Source: an uncultured Eubacteriales bacterium (GTDB lineage Bacteria; Bacillota; Clostridia; Christensenellales; UBA1242). Taken from it: a DNA stretch of 64,000 nt. Positions 36,741 through 51,500 of the stretch are shown piece after piece. Positions within the stretch are counted from its first letter, which is position 1. The number at the start of each line of letters is the position of its first letter. The DNA lies in NCBI GenBank assembly GCA_949878485.1, contig CATLAM010000001.1:15353-79352 (forward strand), read 5' to 3'. Both the position numbers and the translations under genes were made by a program. Below the pieces are notes generated by a model that saw nothing but the letters and a program-made list of their open reading frames with translations, did no database searches and was not told the origin of the DNA.

Positions 36741-36767
36741 AAAAAAAGACCAAATTTTTTTGGCCTT
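36741..36767 (-). terminator. intrinsic terminator after the 36778-37647 gene
   Basis: The minus strand reads GGCCAAA-AAAA-TTTGGTC followed by a T-run. Confidence 0.5.
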
Positions 36768-36777
36768 CCAATACAGA

Positions 36778-37647
36778 TTACTTGATAAATTTTGAATCAT
36801 TAAATTTAATAGATTCATTAAATGGTAGTTTTGCAATTGACTTTAAAACACTTTTAGAATATAATTTTAAATTAGTTTCATTCTTATGAACTAGAGAATA
36901 ATAATGATATGCATAAGGTAAATAATAACGACCATTAAGTTTTGATTCCTTTAATGCTCTATTCAATTTCATCATTCCTAACTTGATTTGGTTTTCACTC
37001 ATTTCGGTTGATAGTGTGTTATTTTCAAAATCATATGAACTTAAATTCATCCATTCACAAAAAGCCATTAATCTTTTACTGTCAGGTTCGTTTTTATTTT
37101 TATAGATATTAAGATAAGAATCCATAGCATTATTTAAATATTTTATAAACTCACTATTATTTAATAAAACTCTCAACTGAGCATATTGTTCTAACTGAGT
37201 TTCACTTGGAAATGTAAAAGCACTTTTTCTCATTTGGTCAACAGATTTGACAAATTCTATTGCACTTTTTATAGATATAACAGATTCACCTTGAAAATTT
37301 ACAAAGTTATCATGATAATGTAGACCTGCAAGAACTTTTAAAACTTCTGGTTTATCTTTGTCTCCATATTTTTCCACAAAAAAAGCATGTCTAACCATAT
37401 CTGCATCTATTTCATCTGCATTGAAAAGATAATAAGCAAGAGCATCATCTTGTCCTCTTGTTGAAAGTTTTTTCAAACCGTCTTTAATATTATAAAACTT
37501 ATTTGTTGTTTCGTAATATGAAGCAAGTTTCAAAAAATCTTGATATAACATTGATTTATTTTCTTCGTCGGTCATTACAACAGGAACTTCTTCTTCGGTA
37601 AGCAAAACAGGATGACGGCGTTTTTCTATTAAACCATAAAATTTCAT
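36778..37647 (-). CDS. hypothetical protein, tandem paralog 2
   Basis: It starts 'MKFYG' (GAGG SD). See paralog 1 for the shared blocks. Confidence 0.6.
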   Translation of the reverse strand: MKFYGLIEKRRHPVLLTEEEVPVVMTDEENKSMLYQDFLKLASYYETTNKFYNIKDGLKKLSTRGQDDALAYYLFNADEIDADMVRHAFFVEKYGDKDKPEVLKVLAGLHYHDNFVNFQGESVISIKSAIEFVKSVDQMRKSAFTFPSETQLEQYAQLRVLLNNSEFIKYLNNAMDSYLNIYKNKNEPDSKRLMAFCEWMNLSSYDFENNTLSTEMSENQIKLGMMKLNRALKESKLNGRYYLPYAYHYYSLVHKNETNLKLYSKSVLKSIAKLPFNESIKFNDSKFIK

Positions 37648-37733
37648 AGTAAACCTCACTTAACATGGCTATTATAACATAAAAGTTTAAACTTTTCAAT
37701 ATCAAAATCTAATTTATTTTGACATTTTTTAAG

Positions 37734-37763
37734 AAAAAAAGACCACTATAAAATGGTCTTTTT
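37734..37763 (-). terminator. rpoC intrinsic terminator
   Basis: The minus strand reads AAAGACCA-TTTTATA-TGGTCTTT followed by a T-run. Confidence 0.65.
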
Positions 37764-37772
37764 GTTTCTGAT

Positions 37773-40700
37773 TTAGTTTGCTAAAACATCTTTATTTTCG
37801 ACTTTAACAGGAACAACTGTTCTGTATTTTTTAAGTCCAGTTCCCGCTGGGATAAGTTTACCGATAATGACATTTTCTTTGATTCCGATAAGATTATCAA
37901 CCTTACCTTTCAAAGCAGCATCTGTCAAAACTCTTGATGTTTCTTGGAAAGAAGAAGCAGACAAGAATGATTCTGTTGAAAGTGAAGCCTTAGTAATACC
38001 AAGAAGAATTCTTCTAACGATTGCAGGTCTTCCACCTTCTTTCAACACTCTTTCATTTTCTTCTTCACAACGAGAGATATCAACAACATCACCAGTAAGA
38101 AGATTTGTGTCACCAGAATCTTCAATCTTAACTTTCTTAAGCATTTGTCTGATTATAATTTCAATGTGTTTATCGTTAACTTTAACATCTTGACTTCTGT
38201 AAACAGAGATAACTTCTGAAAGCAAATATTGTTGAAGTCCTTTAAGCCCCTTTGTAACGAGAAGGTCAGAAGGATTGATTGCACCAGCAGTGATTTGAGT
38301 TCCTGGTTCAACAGTGTCACCATTTTTAACTTTCAATACAGCAGGTTTTCTTACTTCATAATCTACATCGCCTTCACCAGTAATGATTGTAATAAGATAA
38401 TTCTTAGCATCTTCTTTAATCTTAACTTTTCCAGCAACTTCGCACAATACACATTCACCTTTTGGTCTTCTTGCTTCAAAAATTTCTTCAACTCTAGGCA
38501 AACCTTGTGTAATATCGGCAGCAACCGCAGCACCACCAGTGTGGAATGTTCTCATAGTCAACTGTGTTCCTGGTTCACCAATTGATTGAGCAGCGATAAT
38601 ACCAACTGCTTCACCATGTGTAACCATATCTTTACCAGCCAAGTTTCTTCCATAACATTTTGCACAAACGCCATGTTTGCAACGGCAAGTAATGAGAGAA
38701 CGAATTTGAACTTCTTTAATTCCTGCTTTAACAACTTGTGTTGCTTGGTCTTTAGAAATCATAGTATTTGCAGGAACAATAATTTCTTTAGTTTTTGGAT
38801 TAATTACATCTTCAACAGCAACTCTTCCGTAAATTCTTTCGTCCAAAGTTTCTTGAATGAAACCATCAACAATAAGGTCACTTACAGTAACGCCCTTAAC
38901 TTTTTCGCCTGCATCAGCAAAACAGTCTTCAGTTGTAATTACCACATCTTGAGCGATGTCAACAAGTCTTCTTGTCAAGTAACCAGAGTCAGCAGTTTTA
39001 AGCGCTGTATCTGACAAACCTTTTCTGGAACCACGAGAGTTAATAAAGTATTCAATAGGTGTCAAACCTTGCTTAAATGAAGATTTGATTGGTGTGTCAT
39101 TCTTAACACCAGAAGCAGTGGCTTTAATACCAATCATACCGCAGTCTTGGTTCAACTGAGTGTTGTTACCACGAGCACCAGAAAGCACCATCAAACTAAA
39201 TGGATTGAAAGTATCTAAGTCCTTAACTACTGCATTTTGAACTTCGTTTACCGCTTCGTTCCAAATAACGATGTTTTCGCTGACTTTTTCATCTTGAGTA
39301 ATAAGTCCACGACGAAGCAATTTTTCATTTTCCAAAACTTTTGCTTCTGCTTCTTTCAAGATTTCAGCCTTTTCCTTTGGTTCTTGAATGTCATAGATGT
39401 TAACTGAAATTGAAGCCAAAGTTGAATATTTATAACCGATGTCCTTAATTCTGTCAACAAGTTTAGAACATTCACTTGTTCCAAATTTGTCATAGCAATC
39501 AGCAACGATTTTCTTAAGTTCTTTCTTCATAACAGGTTTATTGATTTCAAGTTCGCAAATGTTATCTGGATTTGAACGATCAACATAACCTAAGTTTTGT
39601 GGAATAATATTGTTAAACAAAATTCTTCCAACAGAAGTTGTAATTCTCTTTGTATAAGTTTTTCCATCAACTTCTTTAGAAAGTCTAACAGTAATTTCTG
39701 CCTGCAAATCCAAGTTTTTGGTTTGATAAGCATAAATTACTTCATTTTTAGATGCATAAATAGAGCCTTCACCCTTAGCACCTGGTTTCAAAAGTGTTAA
39801 ATAATAACATCCAAGCACAACGTCCTGAGCAGGTGTAACAATAGGTTCACCGTCAGCAAGTTTTAAGATGTTGTTTGAAGCAAGCATCAATGTTCTTGCT
39901 TCTGTTCTTGCATCAATTGAAAGTGGAATATGAACAGGCATTTGGTCACCATCGAAGTCCGCGTTGAACGCAGCACAAACAGAAGGGTGAAGTTTAATCG
40001 CCTTACCTTCAACAAGCACTGGTTCGAAAGCCTGAACAGAAAGTCTGTGAAGTGTTGGTGCTCTGTTTAAAAGAACAGGATGATCTTTAATAACATCAGC
40101 CAAAACGTCCCAAACGATTGGTTTTTCTCTTTCAATCATGCGTTTAGCACTCTTGATGTTGTTTGATTGATTAAGGTCAATCAATCTGTTTATGATAAAT
40201 GGTTTGAAAAGTTCCAAAGCCATTTCTTTAGGAAGACCGCATTGATACATTTTAAGTTCTGGTCCAACAACGATAACTGAACGTCCAGAATAGTCAACAC
40301 GCTTTCCAAGCAAGTTTTGTCTGAAACGACCTTGCTTACCGCTGAGCATAGCAGTTAAAGATTTAAGATCTCTTTGCTTAGAGCCTTGAACAGGTTTTCC
40401 ACGTTTACCGTTATCAATCAAGTTGTCAACTGCTTCTTGCAACATTCTCTTTTCGTTTCTAACGATAACTTCAGGAGCGCCAAGTTCCATAAGTTTTTTC
40501 AATCTGTTGTTTCTGTTGATAACACGACGATAAAGGTCGTTAAGGTCAGAAGTTGCATATCTTCCACCATCCAATGGAACCATAGGTCTAAGATCTGGCG
40601 GAATAACAGGAATTACATCCAAAATCATCCAAGTAGGATTGTTTCCGCTCTTTCTGAAAGATTCAACAATGTCAAGTTTCTTAGCAGCCTTAATTTTGCC

Positions 40701-41306
40701 TTGACCCTTAGCATTTTCAATCTGTTTTTTAAGTTGTTCACTTTCTTTTTCAAGGTCAACATGTGAAAGAAGGACTTTAATTACTTCTGCACCCATGCCA
40801 GCATCAAAACTGCCATAACCAAATTTTTCAACGGCATCACGATATTCTTTGTCGTTTAAAATTTGCTTATATTCAAGATCTGTATTCTTTGGATCTGTAA
40901 CAATGTAATTGATATAATAAACAATTTGTTCCAAAGTCTTAGGAGTTAAGTCCAAAAGAGTACCTATTCTGGATGGAACAGATCTGAAATACCAAATATG
41001 AGTAACAGGACAAGCAAGTTCGATGTGACCCATTCTTTCACGACGAACTTTGCTTCTTGTAACTTCAACGCCACATTTATCGCAGACAACGCCACGGTAA
41101 CGTATTCTCTTATACTTACCACAATGACATTCCCAGTCTTTTTTAGGTCCAAAAATCTTTTCACAGAAAAGGCCATCTTTTTCTGGCTTTTGAGTTCTGT
41201 AATTGATAGTTTCTGGTTTTGTAACTTCACCATGAGACCATTCTCTGATTTTTTCAGGTGAAGCAATACCTATTCTAATTTTTTCAAAGTTGTTTAATTC
41301 AAACAT
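37773..41306 (-). CDS. rpoC: DNA-directed RNA polymerase subunit beta'
   Basis: Zinc motif '[23 protein letters not shown]' and catalytic 'NADFDGDQM', 1177 aa. Confidence 0.98.
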   Translation of the reverse strand: MFELNNFEKIRIGIASPEKIREWSHGEVTKPETINYRTQKPEKDGLFCEKIFGPKKDWECHCGKYKRIRYRGVVCDKCGVEVTRSKVRRERMGHIELACPVTHIWYFRSVPSRIGTLLDLTPKTLEQIVYYINYIVTDPKNTDLEYKQILNDKEYRDAVEKFGYGSFDAGMGAEVIKVLLSHVDLEKESEQLKKQIENAKGQGKIKAAKKLDIVESFRKSGNNPTWMILDVIPVIPPDLRPMVPLDGGRYATSDLNDLYRRVINRNNRLKKLMELGAPEVIVRNEKRMLQEAVDNLIDNGKRGKPVQGSKQRDLKSLTAMLSGKQGRFRQNLLGKRVDYSGRSVIVVGPELKMYQCGLPKEMALELFKPFIINRLIDLNQSNNIKSAKRMIEREKPIVWDVLADVIKDHPVLLNRAPTLHRLSVQAFEPVLVEGKAIKLHPSVCAAFNADFDGDQMPVHIPLSIDARTEARTLMLASNNILKLADGEPIVTPAQDVVLGCYYLTLLKPGAKGEGSIYASKNEVIYAYQTKNLDLQAEITVRLSKEVDGKTYTKRITTSVGRILFNNIIPQNLGYVDRSNPDNICELEINKPVMKKELKKIVADCYDKFGTSECSKLVDRIKDIGYKYSTLASISVNIYDIQEPKEKAEILKEAEAKVLENEKLLRRGLITQDEKVSENIVIWNEAVNEVQNAVVKDLDTFNPFSLMVLSGARGNNTQLNQDCGMIGIKATASGVKNDTPIKSSFKQGLTPIEYFINSRGSRKGLSDTALKTADSGYLTRRLVDIAQDVVITTEDCFADAGEKVKGVTVSDLIVDGFIQETLDERIYGRVAVEDVINPKTKEIIVPANTMISKDQATQVVKAGIKEVQIRSLITCRCKHGVCAKCYGRNLAGKDMVTHGEAVGIIAAQSIGEPGTQLTMRTFHTGGAAVAADITQGLPRVEEIFEARRPKGECVLCEVAGKVKIKEDAKNYLITIITGEGDVDYEVRKPAVLKVKNGDTVEPGTQITAGAINPSDLLVTKGLKGLQQYLLSEVISVYRSQDVKVNDKHIEIIIRQMLKKVKIEDSGDTNLLTGDVVDISRCEEENERVLKEGGRPAIVRRILLGITKASLSTESFLSASSFQETSRVLTDAALKGKVDNLIGIKENVIIGKLIPAGTGLKKYRTVVPVKVENKDVLAN

Positions 41307-41434
41307 TCTTTCTCTCCAAAATTTTATTTTACTCTTTCAAAGTTCATTTAAAAATACTAAGTTTATCAACTTTCTTACAAAGCCACACTTCGTAAGAAAG
41401 TCGCCGCAAACTCGCCAATGAAATGCGAGTTTCG

Positions 41435-44400
41435 TTACTCGTCAAAATCATCAAAGTCGTCAAACATATCAATGTCGTCTACGCCAGCAGGATTTGTTTC
41501 TTCTTCAATTTCAAGTTCGACATCACTCTTTTCGTCGCCACCGACATCGCTGATGACATCATCAATGTCAATAGTAATTTTCTTAAGGTCATTTTCAACA
41601 TCTGTTTCTGGTCCAATCTTGTCTTGTTCGTCTTGTGAAAGTTCTGGCAAGTCGATTTCTTCGTCATTTTCTGTCAAAATCTTGACATCAAGTGCAAGGG
41701 CTTGCAATTCTTTAACCAAAACTTTAAATGATTCTGGAATACCAGGTTCAGCAATAGGTTGCCCCTTAACAATTGCTTCAAAAGTCTTAACTCTTCCGAC
41801 AACGTCATCGGACTTAACAGTAAGCATTTCTTGCAACACATGAGAAGCACCATATGCTTCCAACGCCCAAACTTCCATTTCACCGAATCTTTGACCACCA
41901 AACAAAGCTTTACCGCCAAGTGGTTGTTGAGTGATAAGTGAGTATGGACCAATTGAACGAGCATGAATTTTACTGTCAACCATGTGGTTAAGTTTAAGCA
42001 TATATTCATAACCAATAGTTGTTTTATTTTCAAAAGGTTCGCCAGTTCTTCCGTCATAAAGTTGAACTTTACCGTCTTCTGGGAAATTGTTTTCTTTCAA
42101 AAGTTGTTGAATCTTTTCAGCATCCGCACCATCAAAGTTTGGAGTAGCCACTTTCCAACCAAGTGAACCAGCAACAAGTCCCAAATGAACTTCAAGCACC
42201 TGACCCAAATTCATACGAGAAGGAACGCCAAGTGGGTTCAAAACGATGTCAAGTGGACGACCATTTGCCATATAAGGCATATCTGCTTCTGGCATAACAA
42301 TGGAAATACATCCTTTGTTACCATAACGACCTGCCATCTTATCGCCGACAGAGAGTTTTCTCTTCTGAGCAATGAAAACTTTAACAAGTTCGTTTACACC
42401 AGGTTCAAGTTCGTCTTTATCTTTTCTTGAGAAGACTTGAACATCGACAACAACACCACCTTTACCATGTTGAACACGAAGAGATGTGTCGCGAACTTCT
42501 CTTGCCTTTTCTCCGAAAATAGCACGAAGAAGTCTTTCTTCAGGAGAAAGTTCTGTTTCACCCTTAGGTGTAACTTTACCAACCAAGATATCGCCAGATC
42601 TTACTTCAGCACCAATTCTGATGATTCCGTTTTCATCCAAGTTTTTCAAAGCGTCTTCGCCCAAGTTTGGAATGTCACGAGTGATAACTTCGTCGCCAAG
42701 TTTAGTTGTTCTGCATTTCAATTCTTCAACTTTCAAGCAGATTGATGTGTAAACATCTTCGCGAACAAGTCTTTCATTGATTAAAATCGCGTCTTCATAG
42801 TTATATCCTTCCCAGTTCATGTAACCAACAAGGACATTTTTACCAAGAGCAAGTTCTCCATTATCTGTTGAGTAACCGTCAATGATAACGTCACTCTTCT
42901 TTACTTTTTCGCCTTTAACAACACAAGGCTTTTGGTTGAAACAAGTTTCATCATTTGTCTTGTCAAATTTAATAAGTGTATATATGTCCGTTTCACCATT
43001 TATATTTTTAATTCTAACTTCGTCAGCACTTACATATTCAACAACACCATCTTCTCTTGCAAGTTGTGTGTAACCACAGTCATGAGCAACTTTTGCTTCC
43101 ATACCTGTTCCAACGATTGGAGATTCAGGACGGAGAAGTGGCACTGCTTGTCTCTGCATGTTTGCACCCATAAGCGCACGGTTAGCTTCGTTTGAGTTAA
43201 CGAAAGGAATAAGTGAAGTAGCCACAGAAATAAATTGTCTTGGAGAAGCATCCACAAAATCAACTTGTTTTGCAGGCACTTCAACAGCATAATCTTTGTG
43301 ACGGCAGATAATTCTTTTGTTTATAAATCTACCTTCTTCATCAAGTGGTTCTGTTGCTTGTGCAATATAAGCATTGTCTTCAATGTCAGCCATGAAATAT
43401 TCACATTTGTCAGAAACAACACCAGTTTCTTTGTCCACTCTTCTATATGGAGTTTCAAGGAAACCATATTCATTAACTTTGGCAAAACTTGTCAAAGTGT
43501 TAACCAAACCTATGGCTTGACCTTCAGGAGTTTCAATTGGGCAGATACGGCCATAGTTTGTATAGTGAATATCACGAACTTCAGCGTCTGCTCTTTCTTT
43601 TCTGATACCGCCAGGTCCAACAGCAGAAACACGGCGTTTTTGTGTAATTCCTGAAAGTGGATTTACTTGATCCATAAGTTGTGAAAGTTGTGAAGAAGCA
43701 ACAAATTCTCTCAATGCTCTGTTCACAGCCTTAGGGTTTACGATTTGTCTTGGAGTAACTTCTGAAAGTTCTTTACCTTGCAAAGTTTCTCTGATGTTTG
43801 TAACAAGTCTTGTTACACCAGAACGGAAATGATCATATAAAAGTTCGCCTACTGTTGCAATGCGTTTGTTGGACAAGTGTTCAATCTTATCAACACCGCT
43901 AATATCTTCCAAAACATCAAGATACATGCTGATTGAAGCCAAGATGTCATCCATAGTAAGAGTTGTAATCATTAAATCTTTGGCATGTTCTTTGATTGCT
44001 TGCATTCTCTTTTCTTTTGTTTTGTTGTCTTTCAACAATTCAGCCAAAACAGGATAATAAACTTCTTCCAAAATTCCTAAACTCTTTTCATCGCAAGGGA
44101 AAACATCAGAAAGTCTAACTCTGTTGTTGCCTCTCATGAGATATTTTTTGTCTGGAAGTTGAATCCAAACTTCATTTACACCGCTTGCTTTAATTTTATG
44201 AGCAATTTCAGCAGTTGCAACTGTGCCCGCCTTAGCAATAAGTTCGCCATCTGGAGAAACAACATCTTCAGCAATAGTGTGACCTTCAACTCTTTTTTCA
44301 ATAGACAATTTTTTGTTAAGGTTATATCTTCCAACTCTTGACAAATTATACCATTGATCAGAGAAGAACCAAAGGTTAAGATAACTTCTTGTGGTTTCAG

Positions 44401-45142
44401 CAGAAGGAACATCAGCAGGACGAGTCTTTCTTGCAAATTCAATAAGTGCTTCTTCTTGAGTGTTTTGAGTTTCTTTTTCAAGAACATTCTTAACCAGTCT
44501 GTGGTCACCAAACATCTTAGAAATTTCGTCTGCAGTGTAACCAAAACATTTCAAGAAAAGACCAAGAGTGATTTTATGGCGTCTGTCAAGAACAACTTTC
44601 AAAACTTCGTTTGCACCTTGTTCAAATTCAATATACATACCACGTTTAGGGATGATTTGTCCACGAAGAGTAGAATTATCTCTTGCTTTATCTCTTAAAA
44701 GATAATAGTTTGGAGATTTGATAATTTGATTTACGACAACTCTTTCAACACCATTGAAAATGAAAGAACAATCTTCGGTCATATAAGGAATATCACCCAA
44801 GAAAACAGTATCTTCAACCGCTTGTCCAGTTTCTTCAACGACAAAACGAGTCTTAACATTAAGTGGAATTGAATAAGTTGCACTTCTTCTCTTGCATTCT
44901 TTCTTGTCATATTTTGGAGTTAAATCCAAAATAGGTTCAAGGAAATGCAATTCTGCCTTTCCAGAATAGTCCACAACAGGAGAAAATTCTTGAAGAACTT
45001 CTTTAATTCCATTTGAAATGAAATCTTTATAAGAATCTTTTTGAATTTCAAGAAGTGGTGGAATGTCGATATAATCTTTAAGTTGTGCAAAAGTATATCT
45101 TTCTGCTTTTCCAAATTTCTGTTTTTTCATAATGTTAGACAT
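41435..45142 (-). CDS. rpoB: DNA-directed RNA polymerase subunit beta
   Basis: '[12 protein letters not shown]', '[12 protein letters not shown]' and '[15 protein letters not shown]', with an acidic C-terminal tail. AAGGAG SD. Confidence 0.98.
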   Translation of the reverse strand: MSNIMKKQKFGKAERYTFAQLKDYIDIPPLLEIQKDSYKDFISNGIKEVLQEFSPVVDYSGKAELHFLEPILDLTPKYDKKECKRRSATYSIPLNVKTRFVVEETGQAVEDTVFLGDIPYMTEDCSFIFNGVERVVVNQIIKSPNYYLLRDKARDNSTLRGQIIPKRGMYIEFEQGANEVLKVVLDRRHKITLGLFLKCFGYTADEISKMFGDHRLVKNVLEKETQNTQEEALIEFARKTRPADVPSAETTRSYLNLWFFSDQWYNLSRVGRYNLNKKLSIEKRVEGHTIAEDVVSPDGELIAKAGTVATAEIAHKIKASGVNEVWIQLPDKKYLMRGNNRVRLSDVFPCDEKSLGILEEVYYPVLAELLKDNKTKEKRMQAIKEHAKDLMITTLTMDDILASISMYLDVLEDISGVDKIEHLSNKRIATVGELLYDHFRSGVTRLVTNIRETLQGKELSEVTPRQIVNPKAVNRALREFVASSQLSQLMDQVNPLSGITQKRRVSAVGPGGIRKERADAEVRDIHYTNYGRICPIETPEGQAIGLVNTLTSFAKVNEYGFLETPYRRVDKETGVVSDKCEYFMADIEDNAYIAQATEPLDEEGRFINKRIICRHKDYAVEVPAKQVDFVDASPRQFISVATSLIPFVNSNEANRALMGANMQRQAVPLLRPESPIVGTGMEAKVAHDCGYTQLAREDGVVEYVSADEVRIKNINGETDIYTLIKFDKTNDETCFNQKPCVVKGEKVKKSDVIIDGYSTDNGELALGKNVLVGYMNWEGYNYEDAILINERLVREDVYTSICLKVEELKCRTTKLGDEVITRDIPNLGEDALKNLDENGIIRIGAEVRSGDILVGKVTPKGETELSPEERLLRAIFGEKAREVRDTSLRVQHGKGGVVVDVQVFSRKDKDELEPGVNELVKVFIAQKRKLSVGDKMAGRYGNKGCISIVMPEADMPYMANGRPLDIVLNPLGVPSRMNLGQVLEVHLGLVAGSLGWKVATPNFDGADAEKIQQLLKENNFPEDGKVQLYDGRTGEPFENKTTIGYEYMLKLNHMVDSKIHARSIGPYSLITQQPLGGKALFGGQRFGEMEVWALEAYGASHVLQEMLTVKSDDVVGRVKTFEAIVKGQPIAEPGIPESFKVLVKELQALALDVKILTENDEEIDLPELSQDEQDKIGPETDVENDLKKITIDIDDVISDVGGDEKSDVELEIEEETNPAGVDDIDMFDDFDDFDE

Positions 45143-45520
45143 ATTTCAATCTCCTTATAAACTTTGCGTATTCATATTTACCATTAAAGTTCAATAAAAT
45201 TTTCCAAAAACACCTTTCTTGCTTCAAAATAGCAAAAAAAAGACCTTGGAGACAAAAAAGCCCCAAAACCCCATAATTTTAAGTTATTTTTGGTAAATAT
45301 TCTTGAACATCACGCATTAACTAAACGATTATAACAAAACGACATTAAAAAGTCAACGCTTTTTAATAACAAATTTTAAATTTTTGTATTTTTTTTGAAA
45401 AATTAAAGAAAATCAATGCGGATTTTATCTGTGGTAATCAAAATAAATATAAATTTCTTCCACACATCTAAATATTAACATATTTTCATTCAAACATACA
45501 AACAATTTTCAACAATTTTC

Positions 45521-45554
45521 AAAAAAAATCACCGCTTTAAGAAAAAGCGATGAT
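45521..45554 (-). terminator. intrinsic terminator after the giant lipoprotein gene
   Basis: A 10-bp stem with one mismatch (ATCATCGCTT/AAGCGGTGAT on the minus strand) is followed by eight T. Confidence 0.55.
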
Positions 45555-45559
45555 TTAAT

Positions 45560-48500
45560 TTAAAATGAATGATCAAATTTCAAGGCCGTGCCAGTAGTTG
45601 TTCCAAAGAAATCGGCAAAAAGAATGTAATTACTTCCGCCTTGTTCAGGTCTTGTGAAAGATATGTCACAGAAGCACACTGAATTGTCAGCAGGAGAAAC
45701 TGATTCTGTTATATAATTTGATTTTGGAACTTCCAATTCTCCATAACTGTCGTTTAAAGTTTCATCCGTAGATTTTAAAGTTATGTTTATGTCAGAACTT
45801 GCAATACCTTTGTCAACCGCATTGACCGTTCCAACAATGGATGAATCAACTTTTTCAAATGTAAATGATGCTCCATTATCAAATCCAATAATTGCCCCCA
45901 TATAAACTTTTACAGTGTTTGTGTAAACTCCTACATAAATTCCATAATTTGGAACAATATCAGTGCCAGTTGATGTAACTTCAAATTTATTACGCAACTG
46001 CTCATCACTTGTAGACATGAAGATGTTTACATTTCTGCTTACCGAGCCAGCCAGACCACCAACCCCAACTTCACATTCTTGTTCGTAAAGTCCGCCAACT
46101 TGCAAGTTTGCCAAAACATCAACATTTTCCAAAGTAAGAGTCGCATTTGTTGTTGCCTTCACTGTTCCTGCAACACCACCTACATAATGATAACCAATTA
46201 AGTCTGCTTTTACATAAATGTTATTTAAAACAGCAGAAGCATTGACCAAACCAGCAATTCCACCCAAAGACTCAAATCCTTTGCTTGCACTTATTGTGCT
46301 TACAGAAATTGACTGTGTAGTTTTAATGTAGTCTAAAGTTCCACCACTTACAAGACCAGCAAAACCACCAATAGCATTTGCAGTATAAGGAACATTTGAG
46401 AAGTTTTTGAAATATTCTCCTGTGCCTATGATTTCCACATTTGACGCATTTCCTTTACTTTCTCCACAAATAAGTCCGCCATAGTTGTAGGCATTTACAA
46501 CATTTTCATTATACATTTTAAGTGTAACTTTATCAACCGTCGCACTTCTGTCAATAAGTCCAAACATTAATCCTGCTTTTGCACCCAAAACAGAAACCAC
46601 TGTATCTTTAACTGTGTTGATTGTCTTTCCGTTTCCACTTAAAACGCCAAAAACAGAACCTGCAAATGAATAAGATGAATAATCTGTAGAACTGCTGTTG
46701 AAATCATTTAAAATAATGCTTTGGTTTCTTGCAACAGCGTCCACACTTGAATAAACATTTTGGAATTTATAATTTCCAAGTGCAAGCCCGGCAACACCAC
46801 CAACAATGTTAAGCCCAGACACACTTATGTTTTTATTTGTGCTTAAATCGCTGTCAACAAAACTGGAATCTGTTAATATGTTGATGTTGACAAGTGTTCC
46901 GCTGTCAACTTTGCCTGCTAATGTTCCCACAACTCTTGTGTTAGAGAAAGAAACAACTTTAGGCAAAATAGTTAAATTCATAACAGTGCCAACAGAATTG
47001 TTACTTGCGCCGCCAATTTCAGCAAACATCCCACCATAAATCAAAGATTCACCAGAAGTTAATGTAATGCCCTTAATTGACATAAAGTTACCTTCCATAT
47101 AACCCATAAATCTGGTTTTGTTAAGCCTGCTGACATCAGAATATTCCGCATAATCAATGTCAGAAATTAATCTGTAATGTTTTTCATTTAAACCAGTAAT
47201 TTGGCTGTTTTCAGAAACAATCAAATTTTCAAAGTTTTCAGCATTATTGAGAAGAATTGGGTTGTAAACTGAGCCATAACTGTTTCCAGTGTAAGCATAA
47301 CTGTAAACAACTGAAACTGACCCTTCTTCACCAACCACTTCACTCACTCCAATCAGATCTCTTTGAGAGCGCGCAACAATGTTTGGAGCAACAAGTTCTA
47401 TTCTGCCAGTGTTAAACTCGCTTTCATTGAAATTGGAAGTGTCACTTACATTTTTATTAAAGAACCAAACCGAGTTTACATCTCTGCCTTCAGCCACAAC
47501 AAAATCGTCAAAATATTCAGAAATATTTCCAAAATCTTTAATTTGAAGTTCTTTAATGTCTGTAAACTGATCTTGTGGAATTCTTTCTATGCTGACATTA
47601 ATTGGTGTTTCATAGTCAGCATCCGAAAGATAATAACAATCTTTAATCACGCCATTTGTAGCGTTTCCATTTCCTGTAGACCCACTTTCCAATTTATTTG
47701 ACCTTGCAAAACCAAATGATGATGCTTGATTACTTGCCAAAACACTGGTTGAGAAACATCTTTCAATATTTCCAACATTTTCATAAACAAACCCAGAAGC
47801 AAAGAAACCACGGTGTTCCAAGTTGATGTTGGAATAACAATCCTTAATGTCGCCTGTGTTGGAGTAAGCAAAACCTGAAATTTGATAACCAGATGAAATT
47901 CTGTTTTCAGTGCCTTCATAGAACACAGAATTCTTATCAGCCACACCACTTACATAAGATGTATAAATTTTTCCGTTGTTTACAACAACAAACCCAGCAG
48001 TGTTTCTTACAGCAGTGGAGTTTAAAATGCTTGAGCCATAATAATAACTGCTTGTAATTACACCAGACGAGCCGTTTGTGCCAACCAAACCTGCGATATT
48101 TGCATTACCTCTGATGTTAACCTTAGAACGAGAGTGAGTTATATATGCATTGTTTGTTCCTACAAGTCCGCCTATGTAATTTGATGAAGCATCAGTAAAA
48201 TTATTGACAATCAAACTTGCACCATTCAAAGATTCTGCTTGACAGTTTGTCACAATTCCGTTGTTTGTCGAAGCAAGAAGCCCAATGTTGAATGATTGTG
48301 CATTAATGTTGAAAGTTGTGTCAGATGAAATTCTTATGTTAATATTACTTAAAATTGCTTCATCAACAATTTCAGTAAACAATCCAATTTCAGAATCTTC
48401 AAAAGTATATTCTCCAGAGAAATTGATATTGTATCCATTTCCGTCAAGTCCAGCAATGGATGCAGAAATTGGCATAAACTGGCTTTCTCCTTCATTTGCT

Positions 48501-51500
48501 TGAGCATAAACACTGTCATGCAAATCTATGTCAGAAAGCAAAATATACCAGCCGCCATCTTCCATAGCCATGAAATCTTCATATGTCCTGATTGGAATAG
48601 GGCTGTTTCTTGTGCTTTGTTGACGAATGTTAAACACAAAGCGAGTTTTAATTCTGTCTAAACCATTTACAGAAGCAGTGTAAATTCCACCATTTATGTC
48701 ATAGAATCCTTGACATTCAAAATAATAGACATTTTCGTTGCTTCGATATTCTTTAAGTGCAGTGAAAGTAAACGAATTAATTACATAATAATCATTAGAG
48801 ATTTTTTTGTCATTCTCCAGTTGTGTTCCCATTGGATAGTCATTTACATCAAATAAAGTCCAAGACATTTCTTTTGTCAAGTCATTCACAAATCTTGAAA
48901 CTTGCTGACTAACTCCAGCAATAGAACTGTCAAATTCAATAAATTCGCTTATGTTTGACTTTAATTCAAATGGATTTCCAATAGCAATGTTGATTGAGCC
49001 ATCTTCCATTCCATAGACAATATCTTCATTGACTCCATCGACAAACATATAGTTAAGCACATATTCCATTACATAAATTTTCAAAACATGGTTTGTGATG
49101 ATGTTGACGTTATCCACAACTTTCTTTGCGATTGTTGTAACTTCAACATAGAAACCTGCTTTATCATTTGGATAAATAATAATATCATCAGTTACATTTA
49201 ATGTGAATGTATCTTTGTCAAAAGAAACAACATTATTTGCATTGGTTGAAATTTCCAAAGAATCTGTGGCGAAATCAAAACCATAACTTTCAAGATGCAA
49301 CTTATAAGAAAGTCCCCTTGCAAGATAATAATGTCCATTTTGTTCTTGTTTAGAGTCAAAGACAAGTTTTGCATAACTTTCAAGTTTTGTTGTTAAATCT
49401 ATATGTCTGACAACATTTTCGCCACTAAGCTTTTTGATGGAAACATTAAATCTTACAGAAACTCCGTCCTCAACATTAATTGATGGCAAAGTATAGATTA
49501 AGAAAATCTTTCCAACATAGAAATCTTCGTCTGCTCCATTGATTTCTTCAAGTTTTTTGATCATATCTTCATATGTGAATGTGTAAATTCCATCTACATA
49601 TGTTCCGAAGTTTGGCACTTTGACATAATCCACACTGGAAGAAGCACTATATTTTCTGTATGCAAATTGGAAAGACGCAATTCCCGCACCTGCATTGTTG
49701 TTTTTTGCATCGTTTGAAATTGTAAATCTGTCAAACACCGCTTCAATAGGATCAAGGTCAATTTCCAACAAACCTTCCTTAGACGGAACAACAACTTGGT
49801 CAGATTCAGTAATGTTATTTTTGTTTGAGAAGTTTCTAATTTCAAACGAACTGAGTTCTGATTCTTCCAAGGTCACAACATAAGAAAGTGTTGGAGCACC
49901 TTCCGCATTCAATTCGCTGGCAAAAAATTCAATAACATAATCGCCAAAAATGTCTTCTTTAAATCTGTCTTTAAACAAATCACTGTTGGCATTAACCATT
50001 CCTGTGAAATTAAATTTGTTGCCTTCTCTTGTGAATTTCAAGTTAAAGAGAGTGTCTTTATTGTCAAGAATGCTGTTAATGTAAGATGACCAACTTTGAT
50101 AATTTGGTTTCATCTGTTCACTTAAATTGCCATATTCTGTGTCAGAAATAATGGAATTTAGGTCAACTTTTGATGGAAATCTGCTTTGAATCACTTGACC
50201 AAACTTGTTGGTGATGCGATAGAACAGCAAATCTTCATCATTTGAAGAAGTCACTGTAACTGTGTCAGAGAACTCTTCATTTGTCTTGACAACATATCCA
50301 CCCATCTTTTGAGAAGTGATTTTTGTTGCTCTGTCACGATAGGTCAATTTTAAATTGATTGATGCATTTTCCAAAACATAATAGAAAATAAATTTGTTTC
50401 CATTTTCATCAGTGATTGGAGTCGCCAAAACTGGCACAATTTTGTAATTGTCAATTTCACCGTTGACAACTTCTCCGTCTTTTCTCATGAAAATAATTGT
50501 TTGAGAATCAATGTTGATTAAAGAGAAGAAATCTTCGCTTGTATGATCAGTAAGGTCTTTAACAGTTACATTAGCATTCTTTTGCATCTGATAACTTACA
50601 TTCTTATAAGACAAAACACCATTTTTTGAAATTGAGAACTTAGTTCCATTGAAATCTTTTCCGTTTTGCAATTCATAAGATGGCACAAGATTGATTGATG
50701 TGTCATTATATCCATAGATGTTTACATTGCTTCCACTTGAAATAGGGTTTGAATTTAAACTTGCACCCGTATAGAACATTGATGTTTCTTCTTTGTTGAA
50801 GAAATTGACTACATAAACATAAATCGTTTTTGTCACATTGACATTCAAAATGCTGGACAAGTTAAGCACAGCCACTCTGCCAGAATTTAAAACTGTTAAA
50901 TTTCCATTAGAATCAACGGTCAAAACATCTGTGTTTGAAGAAGTAATTTTAATGTCATTGCTGGAAGCAGAGAAAGCAAATGGATAGAATTCACTTCCAA
51001 CACTGATTGTGTTAAGGTCATTGATTTCATCTTGAACAGAAGCATTTTCACTTCCAAGTCGACCAGAAACAGCAAAATAATACATAAAGAACACATCTAC
51101 ATCAGTTGTTTCGTCAGACGACATCATGAAAGGATTGTTGTCTTTGTCATAATCCATAACAACATTACCTTTCTTGAATGTGTATTGTTGTTGCAACTTA
51201 ATGTCATTGTCTTCATTGTATACAATAATGTAATCGCCATAATAAGTTGTTTTAGACTGAGAAGAAACCGCAACAATAGGTCCAGAAAGTGGAGTTCCTC
51301 TTGAAAGATAAGAATATGCTTCGAAATGATAGCCAGAATAATCCAAACCATTGAAACCACCAATTGCAAAGAACGAATTTGTCACATTTGCAAATAAGTT
51401 GCTTTCAATTCTGGTTTTAATAATCATAGATCCATAGAAGCAAACTCTTCCGTCATCAATGGCAGATATAGTGTTGAAAGAGTTTTCAGAAGAATCTTCA

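Noticed and set aside
41435-41650. Highly acidic ~70-aa C-terminal tail of RpoB ('...[14 protein letters not shown]').
   Set aside because: Acidic C-terminal extensions of beta are common in Firmicutes, including B. subtilis as I recall it, so this is not unusual enough to report.
45501-45520. Tandem 10-mer AACAATTTTC x2 downstream of the giant gene, in the intergenic region upstream of rpoB.
   Set aside because: There are only two copies in low-complexity AT-rich spacer, with no supporting structure or context.
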